Origin: Candidatus Omnitrophota bacterium
GTDB taxonomy: Bacteria; Omnitrophota; Gorgyraeia; Zapsychrales; Zapsychraceae
Direction: 5' to 3'
Length of the DNA stretch: 64,000 bases
NCBI GenBank assembly: GCA_029261055.1
Contig: JAJDCA010000051.1
Coordinates: forward strand, 9,082 to 73,081
Position 1 is the stretch's first letter, and each line of letters opens with the position of its first letter. This document shows positions 30,781 to 40,228 of this stretch, in pieces. A program made the translations under genes and the position numbers. Below the pieces are notes generated by a model. It saw only the letters and a list, made by a program, of their open reading frames with translations, was not told the DNA's origin and did not search any database.

Positions 30781-32607
30781 TTAACTCTTCATTTCTTTCA
30801 AAGTTTTCTTAATATTTGTTTCAATCGTCATCGGTGAAATCGGCCGACCCGTAGCACGAGATACCATAGGATTAATATCTACCAACGTCTTTGAACGGAG
30901 AAACATCGCTAGTGGCGTGCGCTTTAGTTCATCCCCATAAGCCATTTCAACCGTAACGACTTTTTTAAATTTAGAGAAAATTTCTTTTAACATCAAGGGT
31001 AACGGATAAACAATACGAAAACACATTCCTCCGACGGACAGTCCTTGATCTTGACAAGAATGCACTGCTTCAGTAATCGGCCCACGTGTGGGTCCCCAAC
31101 CAACGACTAAAAGATCGCCTTCTTTAACTGTACCGAATAACTCCGGCTGCTTTAATGCCCGCTGAACATGATGTACTTTTTCATTACGTACCGCATGTGA
31201 ACGTTGATTAGTCCCGGCAAAATAATTCACCTTCCCTTCGTTATCCGTGTTTAACCCTGTCACGCGTCGCATCTTCCCCGGAGTTCCAGGATCAGATTGC
31301 TCCGTCCGCACCATTTCGATATCATCAGGCAACCGATCAATCCAAAAATGTTCTAAAATAAAATCTTTAATATCCTCACCTTTTTCCATAACATTCACTT
31401 TGGGTTTATCCAAAATTTTATAACTATTAGCCATTTGAAAATCACTCATGATAAATACCGGAAGGCGTAATTTTTCTGTTAAATAACGCGCTAACTGCGG
31501 GGCATAAAAACAATCAACTACATTACCGACGCTGATAACAATTTTTGTATGATCTCCATGGCTGCCAAAAATTACAGCCGGCATGTCTGACTGCTCTGTT
31601 TTTGTAGGCATGCCTGTTGAAGGTCCTGAACGCTGAACATCAATAACAATTAAAGGAATTTCTGCCACCGTGGCATAGCCAATAAACTCTTGTTTCAACG
31701 AGAGCCCAGGACCTGAAGTTGCCGTTATGGCCGGAACACCTCCATAATAAGCGCCAATGGCTGTCCCAATGGCTGAAATTTCATCTTCAGCTTGGTGAAC
31801 CAAACCACCATAAGAAGGCAAAATTTTAGCTAAATTATGCATAATGCTCGTCGCCGGTGTAATAGGATACCCACTAAAAATCTTGATGCCAGCATCAATA
31901 ATTCCCATAGCTAAAGCAGTATTACCATCAATAAGAATTTTCTTTGCTGTTCCGTTTGATGAGCTGGGAACCTCATAAGAAAATTGAAAACCCTCACTAA
32001 CATGCTGGTGACCATACCGAAATATTTCGATATTTTTTTCTAAAACATCTGCGCTAAGTTTCTTACCAAAAGCATCCTTAATTTCCTCAATCATGGTTTC
32101 CTCAGGCACATTGTAAATAGCACTGAGCATCCCCAGATAATACATATTCTTCCCTCTACCTTGCAAATCCTTAATAATTATTTTTGCTTCTTGAGCCACC
32201 TCAAAAGGATAAATACTCAAACCTAATTTGGTAACACGCTTGCAGACATTTTCATATGATTCTTCATTGGCTTTTTTATCACCCATATCGAGGAGGACGC
32301 GGCAATTCGGATTATGCTCATTATCATCAAGACGACGATCTAAAACAATTTCTTGGGAAGCTAAAATAATATCGGTATCATTACCGATATTTTTAAGATC
32401 AAAATCTGCTACACGAATAATCACTCCGGAAAGGGCTGGACGTGTTCTCGGGGGAGGGCTGATCTCGGCGGGAATCATAGGTTCTATGTAAACATAGCGA
32501 CCTGTATGGGCAAAGGCCTTAATTAAAATATCTCCAGCCTTTTGTGCACCAAAGCCGGCGTCCATTAAAAGCTCAAAACGCGCGACACTTATTTTTTCTA
32601 CAGACAT
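30781..32607 (-). CDS. 2-oxoacid:ferredoxin oxidoreductase alpha subunit (gamma-alpha fusion)
   Basis: GYPITPAT, QAEDEISA, TATSGPGLSLKQE, QRSGPSTGMPTKTEQSD. Confidence 0.93.
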   Translation of the reverse strand: MSVEKISVARFELLMDAGFGAQKAGDILIKAFAHTGRYVYIEPMIPAEISPPPRTRPALSGVIIRVADFDLKNIGNDTDIILASQEIVLDRRLDDNEHNPNCRVLLDMGDKKANEESYENVCKRVTKLGLSIYPFEVAQEAKIIIKDLQGRGKNMYYLGMLSAIYNVPEETMIEEIKDAFGKKLSADVLEKNIEIFRYGHQHVSEGFQFSYEVPSSSNGTAKKILIDGNTALAMGIIDAGIKIFSGYPITPATSIMHNLAKILPSYGGLVHQAEDEISAIGTAIGAYYGGVPAITATSGPGLSLKQEFIGYATVAEIPLIVIDVQRSGPSTGMPTKTEQSDMPAVIFGSHGDHTKIVISVGNVVDCFYAPQLARYLTEKLRLPVFIMSDFQMANSYKILDKPKVNVMEKGEDIKDFILEHFWIDRLPDDIEMVRTEQSDPGTPGKMRRVTGLNTDNEGKVNYFAGTNQRSHAVRNEKVHHVQRALKQPELFGTVKEGDLLVVGWGPTRGPITEAVHSCQDQGLSVGGMCFRIVYPLPLMLKEIFSKFKKVVTVEMAYGDELKRTPLAMFLRSKTLVDINPMVSRATGRPISPMTIETNIKKTLKEMKS

Positions 32608-32702
32608 GATAACCTCAAACAGAAAACTTTATTTTTAACTTTATAAATATCATGATATCAGGTTAAGAATGCTTGGCAATAAATAATCTAAAAATTATTT
32701 TT

Positions 32703-32731
32703 TTGCTAAATGAGAAAGTTTATGGTATTAT
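32703..32731 (+). promoter_or_regulatory. sigma70 promoter for tRNA-Ser(GCT): TTGCTA-17-TATTAT (extended -10)
   Basis: Direct reading, ~90 nt upstream of the tRNA. Confidence 0.55.
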
Positions 32732-32819
32732 TTCGTTCAAATAATTTTAGTAATGAAAGTTTTGGAGAGTCCGCCAGCATAGCTGGCGAGACTTCTCCGA
32801 AATTTTCTTTGCAAATTTC

Positions 32820-32909
32820 GGAGAGGTGGCAGAGTGGTTGAATGCAACTGACTGCTAATCAGTTGACCTGGCAACGGGTCCTCGGGTTCGAATCCCGGCC
32901 TCTCCGCCA
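32820..32909 (+). tRNA. tRNA-Ser(GCT)
   Basis: GGAGAGG/CCTCTCC acceptor stem, ACTGA-CTGCTAA-TCAGT anticodon arm, long variable arm, GTTCGAATC, encoded CCA. Confidence 0.96.
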
Positions 32910-32964
32910 CTTTTTGCTCCGCAAAAAGTGGCGAGATCTCGCCATTTTAAAAAATAAAATGGCG
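32905..32964. terminator. tandem hairpins between tRNA-Ser and convergent crcB
   Basis: CGCCACTTTTTGC-TCC-GCAAAAAGTGGCG and CGCCATTTTA-AAAAA-TAAAATGGCG. Confidence 0.55.
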
Positions 32965-32997
32965 GATCCACCAGGCTTCGCAGGAGCATTCCCCACT

Positions 32998-33372
32998 TCA
33001 AATCATCTTACCAAATAAAATACCGGCCCATACAACGATAAGCCCGATGACAATACTGCTGGTCACATTAATAATAGCCTTTAATATTTCTCCATCGTCA
33101 AGTAAATAAGCTGTCTCTAAAATGAATGTCGAAAAAGTTGTAAACGCGCCTAAAAAACCAATCATAAGAAAGACGCGCATATTAATATCTAACAACGCTT
33201 TCTCATCGGATAAAGTTGCAAGAAATCCTATCAAAAAGCAGCCCAGCATATTAATAACTAATGTTCCGTAAGGAAAATTTATACCCATCAGACGATGAAC
33301 AAAACCAGATAAAGCATATCGAGCTACAGCCCCTGCACCACCGCCAATAAGGAGAAGTAATAATTTATTCAA
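32998..33372 (-). CDS. crcB: fluoride efflux channel Fluc/CrcB
   Basis: GGGAGAVARY, FPYGTLVIN, GFLGAFTTFSTF. Confidence 0.95.
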   Translation of the reverse strand: MNKLLLLLIGGGAGAVARYALSGFVHRLMGINFPYGTLVINMLGCFLIGFLATLSDEKALLDINMRVFLMIGFLGAFTTFSTFILETAYLLDDGEILKAIINVTSSIVIGLIVVWAGILFGKMI

Positions 33373-33386
33373 AAGAATTTTCCTCT

Positions 33387-33869
33387 TTAATTTTCATGCC
33401 CAAAAGAATCACGTCCTTGCTTTCGTTTTTTTTGAAAAAATTCACTTATCATAAAACCACATTCATCGGCCAATAAACCTTTATGCACTTCAATTTTATG
33501 ATTTAAATGATTATGCTGAGCAATGTTTAACACAGTACCACAAGCCCCCGTTTTTGGATCTTCTGCACCAAAATAAATATTTTGAATACGAGAAAGGACA
33601 AGAGCCCCGGCACACATACTGCAGGGTTCAATAGTCACATAAAGTGAACATTCGTGAAGCCATTTACAAGACAATGTATTAGTCGCCTGCGTAATCGCAA
33701 TCATCTCGGCGTGGGCGGTAGGATCTTTGAGCATTTCAACCTGATTATGCGCTTTAGCAATCATTTGATTTTGATGTACAATGACCGCTCCAACAGGAAC
33801 CTCATCCTTATCCGTAGCTATCTTGGCCTGACGGATGGCTTCGCGCATAAAAATTTCATGTGTGTCCAT
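33387..33869 (-). CDS. tadA: tRNA adenosine(34) deaminase
   Basis: EVPVGAV, DPTAHAE, VTIEPCSMCAGA. Confidence 0.93.
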   Translation of the reverse strand: MDTHEIFMREAIRQAKIATDKDEVPVGAVIVHQNQMIAKAHNQVEMLKDPTAHAEMIAITQATNTLSCKWLHECSLYVTIEPCSMCAGALVLSRIQNIYFGAEDPKTGACGTVLNIAQHNHLNHKIEVHKGLLADECGFMISEFFQKKRKQGRDSFGHEN

Positions 33870-33871
33870 AA

Positions 33872-35038
33872 TTATACTTTATGATTTTTTTTATAAACAG
33901 GCAGGATAATTTCTACGGTTGTCCCCTTTTTGAGGTGACTTTTAACATGTACTTTCCCGCGAAAAGCTTTAACGATGGAATAAACAATTGTGAGCCCTAA
34001 TCCCGAACTCTTTTCTAAACCTCGATGTTTTGTTGTGAAAAATGGCTCAAAAATACGTGAAAGCGTTTCTTGAGGAATACCAACTCCATCGTCTTTGATA
34101 AGAATACGGACCATTTTATCATGCGCGTGATATGTTGATTTAACCTGCAATACCCCACCACCATGAATGGCCTGAATCGCGTTCGTAAGCACACTACTCA
34201 TAATTTGATTAAACTCGAGTTCACCAATAGCGGCCGAAGGCAATTGAGCGTTAAGCGTAAGCTTTACCTTAATATCTGCCACTTCAAAATGATGCCCACT
34301 AGTTTTGACTGCCTGACGTATGATACTGTTGACATCACAACATTTATTTTTTAACCCTACCTTGCGTTTATTCAAGTTAAGTAATCGGTCGGTCGTATCA
34401 AAACAATACCGCGCCTGATCCCTCATCGCTTCCAAGGTTTGCATAATATCTTTAAATTCTTTGTATCCAATGTACTCAAAATGTCTATCTTTGTAGTTCT
34501 CAATCAAATCCTCAGCATGATCTAAAAGCCCCTTTAACGGATGTTGAATCTCTTGCGTTGTCCCTGCAATAAGATGCTGAACAGCACGCATTTTTTCAGT
34601 TTCCTTCAACTGATCTTGATGAGATAAGCGCTCAGTAACATCCCTCGACACACAAATGACATACTCTTCAGATTTATGCCGCATGTAAACAGCCGTAATA
34701 TCTATCGTTTGGGAAGCCCCTTCCTTAGATTTTCTACCAATAGTATACGAAATGGCTATTTTCTTTTTTTTCACCTCAGAAAAAAATTCTTTCTGCCACT
34801 GTTTGAGACTCATTTTCTCTTCAAAAAAATCCATCACATGCTTTCGCAATAATACTGTTTTGGAAAAACCTAATCCACGCACAGTAGCTTCATTAACAAA
34901 AACAATCCGTCCGTCATGCTGAACCAGCATCACCTCATCACCAATATGATCCACCATACGATGAAATAAATCTAAATCTTTTTCTGGAGTAAATTTTAAT
35001 GAAGATTTTTGTTTATGCGAGGAAGATTTTGTAGGCAT
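33872..35038 (-). CDS. cytoplasmic PAS sensor kinase-like protein with degenerate H-box
   Basis: PAS domain; N (TNAIQA), G1 (DDGVGI), F (FEPFFTTK) and G2 (GLGL) boxes present; H-box reads GTTQEIQHPL. Confidence 0.85.
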   Translation of the reverse strand: MPTKSSSHKQKSSLKFTPEKDLDLFHRMVDHIGDEVMLVQHDGRIVFVNEATVRGLGFSKTVLLRKHVMDFFEEKMSLKQWQKEFFSEVKKKKIAISYTIGRKSKEGASQTIDITAVYMRHKSEEYVICVSRDVTERLSHQDQLKETEKMRAVQHLIAGTTQEIQHPLKGLLDHAEDLIENYKDRHFEYIGYKEFKDIMQTLEAMRDQARYCFDTTDRLLNLNKRKVGLKNKCCDVNSIIRQAVKTSGHHFEVADIKVKLTLNAQLPSAAIGELEFNQIMSSVLTNAIQAIHGGGVLQVKSTYHAHDKMVRILIKDDGVGIPQETLSRIFEPFFTTKHRGLEKSSGLGLTIVYSIVKAFRGKVHVKSHLKKGTTVEIILPVYKKNHKV

Positions 35039-35072
35039 AATTATGAAATTCTTTGACTGTCTGGCGAAGTAG

Positions 35073-35096
35073 GCAAAAAGAGTTTACTCTTTTTGC
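35073..35096 (-). terminator. hairpin immediately downstream of tRNA-Arg
   Basis: GCAAAAAGAGT-TT-ACTCTTTTTGC. Confidence 0.45.
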
Positions 35097-35099
35097 TCA

Positions 35100-35173
35100 C
35101 GCGCCCGGCACGATTCGAACGTGCGACTTCCACTTCCGTAGAGTGGCGCTCTATCCAGCTGAGCTACGGGCGC
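35100..35173 (-). tRNA. tRNA-Arg(ACG), CCA not encoded
   Basis: GCGCCCGTAGCTCAGCTGGATAGAGCG-CCACT-CTACGGA-AGTGG-..GTTCGAATC..CGGGCGCG. Confidence 0.96.
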
Positions 35174-35281
35174 AATTTCTGAAATCTTTTTAAAAATAAG
35201 CATCACACGACGCTATTCAAAAAAAGAAATCATACCACTTAAAAATCCATATGGAAAGTAAAATTTTTTACCGTAGGCGAA

Positions 35282-36634
35282 TCAAAATGCTTTAAGAAGT
35301 GCCTGGCGGTCTAAACCTAGGCTGGCGACGGCTTTATTTGGAGTTTTGGAGTAAGCGCGACAAAAAACCCCCAATTCTTTCATGGTGGTCATATCCTTTT
35401 TGTCTAATTCTTGAAGAAGAAGAGCCCTCAATAAATGCTCTTGCATAATTTCTTTGGAAGTAAGTCCGGATTGTTGGGATAAACGGTCACGATATACTGT
35501 ACTGGGGCTTACTTGAACATGCTTATGCATATCGTAATTATATTTGTATACTTCGGAAAGTAGAATTTTGACTTGTTCCATACCGCTGGTTTCACTCACA
35601 CCATCGACAACACGAATTATCTTATCTTGTACATGATAACGTTTGAGAACAATAAATACGTCGATCAAACTCACTAAGGCTTCAGGAATGTTCATCGGTT
35701 CATTCTGAAGACGAATAATAGCTTCACGCGAAGTTAAGGCGTGAATTGTTCCAATACAATGTTTTCCTACATTACAGGCCGTCACCATATCTGTTGCCTC
35801 ATGACCCCGAACCTCTCCGACAATGATTCTCTCCGGCCGCATACGTAAACTATTTTTCACTAAATCGGCCAGTGTAATGTCTTCCGTACTTTCTAGTCGT
35901 GAACAACTATCCTCTAAAAAGGTATTTAATTCTAAGGTATCCTCAATCACCACCATACGATCCGATTCAGGAATAAAACTAAACAAGGCATTTAAAAGTG
36001 TTGTTTTTCCCACACCAGGACCACCGGCAATCATAATATTAGCCGGCCGTATGGACATCCCGTCGACATACATCCATAACTGGGCGGCCACCTCATACGT
36101 TAAACTACCAGCCCGAATAAGGTCGATAATACTTAGGGGTGTCACTTTAGATTTGGTAATCGTAAGCTGCGGACCAAAAGGCGACATGGCAATATTGACT
36201 CTTCCTCCTAAATTAGGTAATTCCAAATTTACAATCTTTTCCAAACGTGTTCTACCGGAAAAAAGTAAAAGCTTTTTTATAAAAATATCCAATTCCTTTT
36301 GACTCGTAAATCTTTTATCTGTTCGGATAAACCCTTTTTGGCAATGATGAATATAAATGGGCTTTAAATTATTAATAATAAGGTCTTCAACTTTTAAATC
36401 GCATAAAAGTTCTGTTACAATGCCGTAAGAAAGAAAACTTCGCAAAAATTCTGCCCTATTTTCCGGCGAGTCAAATTCTTGTTTTAGACTTGGAAATTCA
36501 TTATTATTTAAGACTTCTGAAAGTGTTTTTCCCACCAATTCTTCGCGCTCTTCCTGCGGCTGCAACAAATTCATCTTGCCAGACATCAACTCGACCAATC
36601 GAAATTCTAATTCCATTATTTGTTGCATATCCAT
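35282..36634 (-). CDS. CpaF/TadA/VirB11-family secretion ATPase
   Basis: Walker A GGPGVGKTT, Asp box IEDTLEL, Walker B LRMRPERIIVGEVRG, His box GTIHA. Confidence 0.88.
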   Translation of the reverse strand: MDMQQIMELEFRLVELMSGKMNLLQPQEEREELVGKTLSEVLNNNEFPSLKQEFDSPENRAEFLRSFLSYGIVTELLCDLKVEDLIINNLKPIYIHHCQKGFIRTDKRFTSQKELDIFIKKLLLFSGRTRLEKIVNLELPNLGGRVNIAMSPFGPQLTITKSKVTPLSIIDLIRAGSLTYEVAAQLWMYVDGMSIRPANIMIAGGPGVGKTTLLNALFSFIPESDRMVVIEDTLELNTFLEDSCSRLESTEDITLADLVKNSLRMRPERIIVGEVRGHEATDMVTACNVGKHCIGTIHALTSREAIIRLQNEPMNIPEALVSLIDVFIVLKRYHVQDKIIRVVDGVSETSGMEQVKILLSEVYKYNYDMHKHVQVSPSTVYRDRLSQQSGLTSKEIMQEHLLRALLLQELDKKDMTTMKELGVFCRAYSKTPNKAVASLGLDRQALLKAF

Positions 36635-36653
36635 CAGTATCCTTTTTTAAGAA

Positions 36654-36762
36654 AAGTAGAGATGCAAGGTATAAGATGCAGAGAAAAAGCATCCCTCGCT
36701 GCTTCTTACCTCTTTGCCTCTTACTTCTGTACCTCTTGCTTCCTTACCTCTTGCTTCTCTAC
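36654..36762. repeat. purine/pyrimidine 15-bp-family repeat with inverted arm, overlapping the M16 gene 3' end
   Basis: (C/T)TCTTGC/TTACCTC units; encodes the terminal VEKQEVRKQEVQK. Confidence 0.6.
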
Positions 36763-39351
36763 AACAGGCCTTGTGACAACTATGGCAGATTTATTGAGAT
36801 CTAAGTATTCATTTGCCAAACGCTTAATATCTTCTTTAGTTACCCTGTCGATTAAGGTATCATATTCTTGATGATGATTAAACCCTAAACCATACAATTC
36901 ATTCAAACTGCTTGTAAAATTTAAAGCAGAATTTGTCTGGTGGGATGTCTTAAATATTCCCTTAAGATACGCCTTAATATCCTTCAGTTCTTCGTCTGAA
37001 ACATATTCGCGTTGAATTCTCTCAATCTCATTTTTTAAAGCCTTCTTTGCATCAGGAACTTTTTCCGCTGTGGTCAAAACATAAAAATAAATCAAACCAG
37101 CATCAATACCAGGAGCAGAATATCCTCCCAAGGTGTAAGCTTGCCCCAACTCTTCCCGAATACGCGTAAATAACCGACCACTGAATGATGATCCTAAAAT
37201 AGATGTTAAAACCTCAAGGCCATAACGATCTTTATGTTGCATGGTTATGCCATGAAAACCCATAGCCAACATAGCCTGCTGTTTTTTCATGGTTAATGAT
37301 TTTTCTCGCGATTTTTCAATAGGCGTTTCCTTATGTATCGCCAGTTGGACTTCATTCTTCTTAAGATCGCCTAAGGCCTTCTTCACCTTAGACAAAATAT
37401 CTTCAGATGTAATATTTCCAAAAATCGATAAAACCATATTATTCGGAACAACCAATTTTTCATAAAAGGCCATAATATTTTCCCGTGTAATACGATCGAT
37501 AGATTCTTCTGTCCCCTCTTCTTCGAGACGAAAAGGATGCTTTTCAAAAGTTAATTCTTTTAACGCATGGCCGGTAAACTGTGCAATGTTATCGTCTCTT
37601 TGCTTAATATCCGCCTTCAAGTCCCGCTTTCGCTTAACAATTTCAGCCTCGGGAAAATTGGGATTAATAATAATATCTTTTACCAATCGCAAGGCTTCAT
37701 CCATATCTTCCGATAAAAAATCCAAACTTAGACCAAAACTATTTTTCCCTGAATAACTACCAAGCTGCATACCTAATGACTCAGCCTTATTGGCAATCTG
37801 ATCGGCAGATAATGCCTTAGTCCCTTTTAACCACACCATAGATGTCAATTTAGAAATGCCATTCAGCATGACATTTTCCTGACGTGTTCCACCATTAACG
37901 ACAATACGCAAAGCCGTGGAAGGAAATGTTGCATCCTTACGTAAAAGTAATGTTAATCCATTTTTAAGAACATGTTTCTGAATTTTGTCCTCTTGAAAAT
38001 GCTGCGCCTCTTCATCTTTATGAAGAACGTCCTTTTGTCCTTTGGGTTTTAAAACAACAACCGTCGATGATTGCTTACGGAGATATTTATGGGCTACCCG
38101 CTTGATAGCATCCATTTCGACATCGGCAATGGCATCGACATATTTTTGCGAAAATTGATAATCTCCGGTAAAAGCCTCATCAACGGCCTGGGCATAAGCT
38201 ACTTGCGATGTTGTTTGATGCCCTAAAATGTGTTCACTCAAAACCTGCTTTTTAGCTTTTTCCAACTCAACTTTTTTGACACCTGCCGTCTTTATATTTT
38301 CGATTTGCTTCCATGTGATATCCATGATGGCATCCAAATATTCCGGTTCCAAAAGCCCTACAATTTCAAATAAACCTTTATCAATAGGCGTATAATTTCC
38401 TGCTGAAATAGAACGAAACGCTACCCCTTCCCTATCTAAAGCCCGATAAAGTCGCGACGTTTTCCCTTGCCCCAAAATTTTGGCTAAAACATCTAAAGCA
38501 AATAAGTCCTCATTAAGAAGACTCATGCTATTGAAAGACAATGTAAAGCGCGTCAAATTTGTGGCAAATTCCTCCTCATAATAACGCGGACTGATTTGTT
38601 GCGGTTCTTCCGGAAGATTGCGCGGAATATCTGTCTGCCGTCGGAATGATTCAAAAGCATCTTTGATCTTGGGCAGCACCTCTTGTGTATTCACATTTCC
38701 AGCTATCGATACGATCGTATTATTCGGGATATAAAAATCGCGATAATATTGCATGATATCATCACGTGTTAAATCGATGAATAGCGGTTTGTATCCAATG
38801 ATAGGATGACGATAAGGATGGCGAATGTAAACATTTTGAAATGTAAGCTGACTTAAATGCCGTGAGGGTCGGTCTTCATGCAATCGCATCTCCCCAAAAA
38901 CAACATCCCGCTCTTTTTCGATTTCTTCGGCATCCATCGTAGCAAACTGCATCATATCCGCTTGAATAGCTAAGGCCATGTCAAAGGCATCGGAAGGAAC
39001 CGTGATCGTATAAATCGTGTAGTCCATACTTGTCGCCGCATTTATGCTACCACCGACGGCTTGAACTTGGGCGGCAATTTCTCCTAACTTTCTATTTTCT
39101 GTCCCCTTAAAAAGCAGATGTTCCAGAAAATGAGAAACACCACTTCCCAAAAGATCCCCCTCGGTAGCTGAACCCGTTTTAACAAGGGCATAGACCGATA
39201 CCGACGGATTAGACGGCATTTCGCTGATTAAAACCGTTAATCCATTATCTAAAATATATTTTGATGATTTTCCCTGGAAAGCTTGGGATGAAGAAATTTG
39301 CAAAAAAATTAGAACCGCAGCAATAAACGAAATTATGATTTTTTTAGACAT
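36721..39351 (-). CDS. secreted M16 zinc protease (PqqL-like, duplicated)
   Basis: Signal peptide, SHFLEHLLFKGT (HxxEH), SGRLFTRIREELGQAY; start trimmed to ATG 39351. Confidence 0.9.
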   Translation of the reverse strand: MSKKIIISFIAAVLIFLQISSSQAFQGKSSKYILDNGLTVLISEMPSNPSVSVYALVKTGSATEGDLLGSGVSHFLEHLLFKGTENRKLGEIAAQVQAVGGSINAATSMDYTIYTITVPSDAFDMALAIQADMMQFATMDAEEIEKERDVVFGEMRLHEDRPSRHLSQLTFQNVYIRHPYRHPIIGYKPLFIDLTRDDIMQYYRDFYIPNNTIVSIAGNVNTQEVLPKIKDAFESFRRQTDIPRNLPEEPQQISPRYYEEEFATNLTRFTLSFNSMSLLNEDLFALDVLAKILGQGKTSRLYRALDREGVAFRSISAGNYTPIDKGLFEIVGLLEPEYLDAIMDITWKQIENIKTAGVKKVELEKAKKQVLSEHILGHQTTSQVAYAQAVDEAFTGDYQFSQKYVDAIADVEMDAIKRVAHKYLRKQSSTVVVLKPKGQKDVLHKDEEAQHFQEDKIQKHVLKNGLTLLLRKDATFPSTALRIVVNGGTRQENVMLNGISKLTSMVWLKGTKALSADQIANKAESLGMQLGSYSGKNSFGLSLDFLSEDMDEALRLVKDIIINPNFPEAEIVKRKRDLKADIKQRDDNIAQFTGHALKELTFEKHPFRLEEEGTEESIDRITRENIMAFYEKLVVPNNMVLSIFGNITSEDILSKVKKALGDLKKNEVQLAIHKETPIEKSREKSLTMKKQQAMLAMGFHGITMQHKDRYGLEVLTSILGSSFSGRLFTRIREELGQAYTLGGYSAPGIDAGLIYFYVLTTAEKVPDAKKALKNEIERIQREYVSDEELKDIKAYLKGIFKTSHQTNSALNFTSSLNELYGLGFNHHQEYDTLIDRVTKEDIKRLANEYLDLNKSAIVVTRPVVEKQEVRKQEVQK

Positions 39352-39384
39352 AGCTGAACACTGACGACTGATCACTGATCCCTA

Positions 39385-39927
39385 TTAATTATTATTTCCT
39401 TCTTGCTTCTTAAACTCTTCCAACAACCTTTTAATATCCTGGTCTGCATTGCGCGCGACCTGAGTGCAAATAAAAATCAAAAGAGAAAACTGCCAACAAT
39501 CTTCAGGCCCCTTGATAAGACCTGTCTGCACATTTTCTTCTTTTTGTAAAATATTTTCGTAATGCTTAATAGCGCCTGAGAGCTTACCTTCATGAATATC
39601 CAAAGACATTGTTTTATTATCATAGCGCAATGATGGCATACGTACACCACGAACAAGGAGAAAATTAATCAAAGAATTTTCATCAATTCTTTCCTCTTCA
39701 CCAAATTCAAAACCTTGAAACTGTGGATGATTGGGCGGAACAATAATGGAAGGTTTCTCGACAACAACCTCTCCTTTACGTACAATCGTATCTCCCACAT
39801 TAATAGTCGATTCTGATAATAAAATATACGGTACGTGCGTATCGCCCAACGTCAAAAGAGCCTGAATACGCGACCGGATAATTTCCGTACTTTTTAAAGC
39901 TTTATACCAAGATTTCTCAAAACTCAT
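39385..39927 (-). CDS. hypothetical protein
   Basis: 180-aa ORF with AAGGA SD, in operon orientation; no family recognised with confidence. Confidence 0.7.
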   Translation of the reverse strand: MSFEKSWYKALKSTEIIRSRIQALLTLGDTHVPYILLSESTINVGDTIVRKGEVVVEKPSIIVPPNHPQFQGFEFGEEERIDENSLINFLLVRGVRMPSLRYDNKTMSLDIHEGKLSGAIKHYENILQKEENVQTGLIKGPEDCWQFSLLIFICTQVARNADQDIKRLLEEFKKQEGNNN

Positions 39928-40017
39928 CTAATAATCCTTTTTCTAAATTCCACAAAACCCAACAAACCATCGGGCGAAGCCAGGCGAAGCTAAACACGAA
40001 AGTAATTTAGCGAAGAC

Positions 40018-40109
40018 TGGCGGAGGAGGAGAGATTCGAACTCTCGAGCCATCTTACGACAGCCACACGCTTTCCAAGCGTGCGCCTTCAACCACTCGGC
40101 CACCCCTCC
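40018..40109 (-). tRNA. tRNA-Ser(GGA)
   Basis: GGAGGGG acceptor, CACGC-TTGGAAA-GCGTG anticodon arm, long variable arm, GTTCGAATC, CCA. Confidence 0.96.
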
Positions 40110-40228
40110 AAAATTTGTCCATCAATGAAAAGGCAGTATACTAGGGACTTTACGAAATATCAAGAATTTTGAATGTATTAAGAAATAATATTAAAGGACA
40201 TCCTTAACTCGTGTGCTTGGGTATAATT

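Noticed and set aside
32764-32798. GGAGAG-starting hairpin upstream of tRNA-Ser(GCT) as an att site or tRNA fragment
   Set aside because: The match to the tRNA is only 6 nt; more simply a small palindromic repeat.
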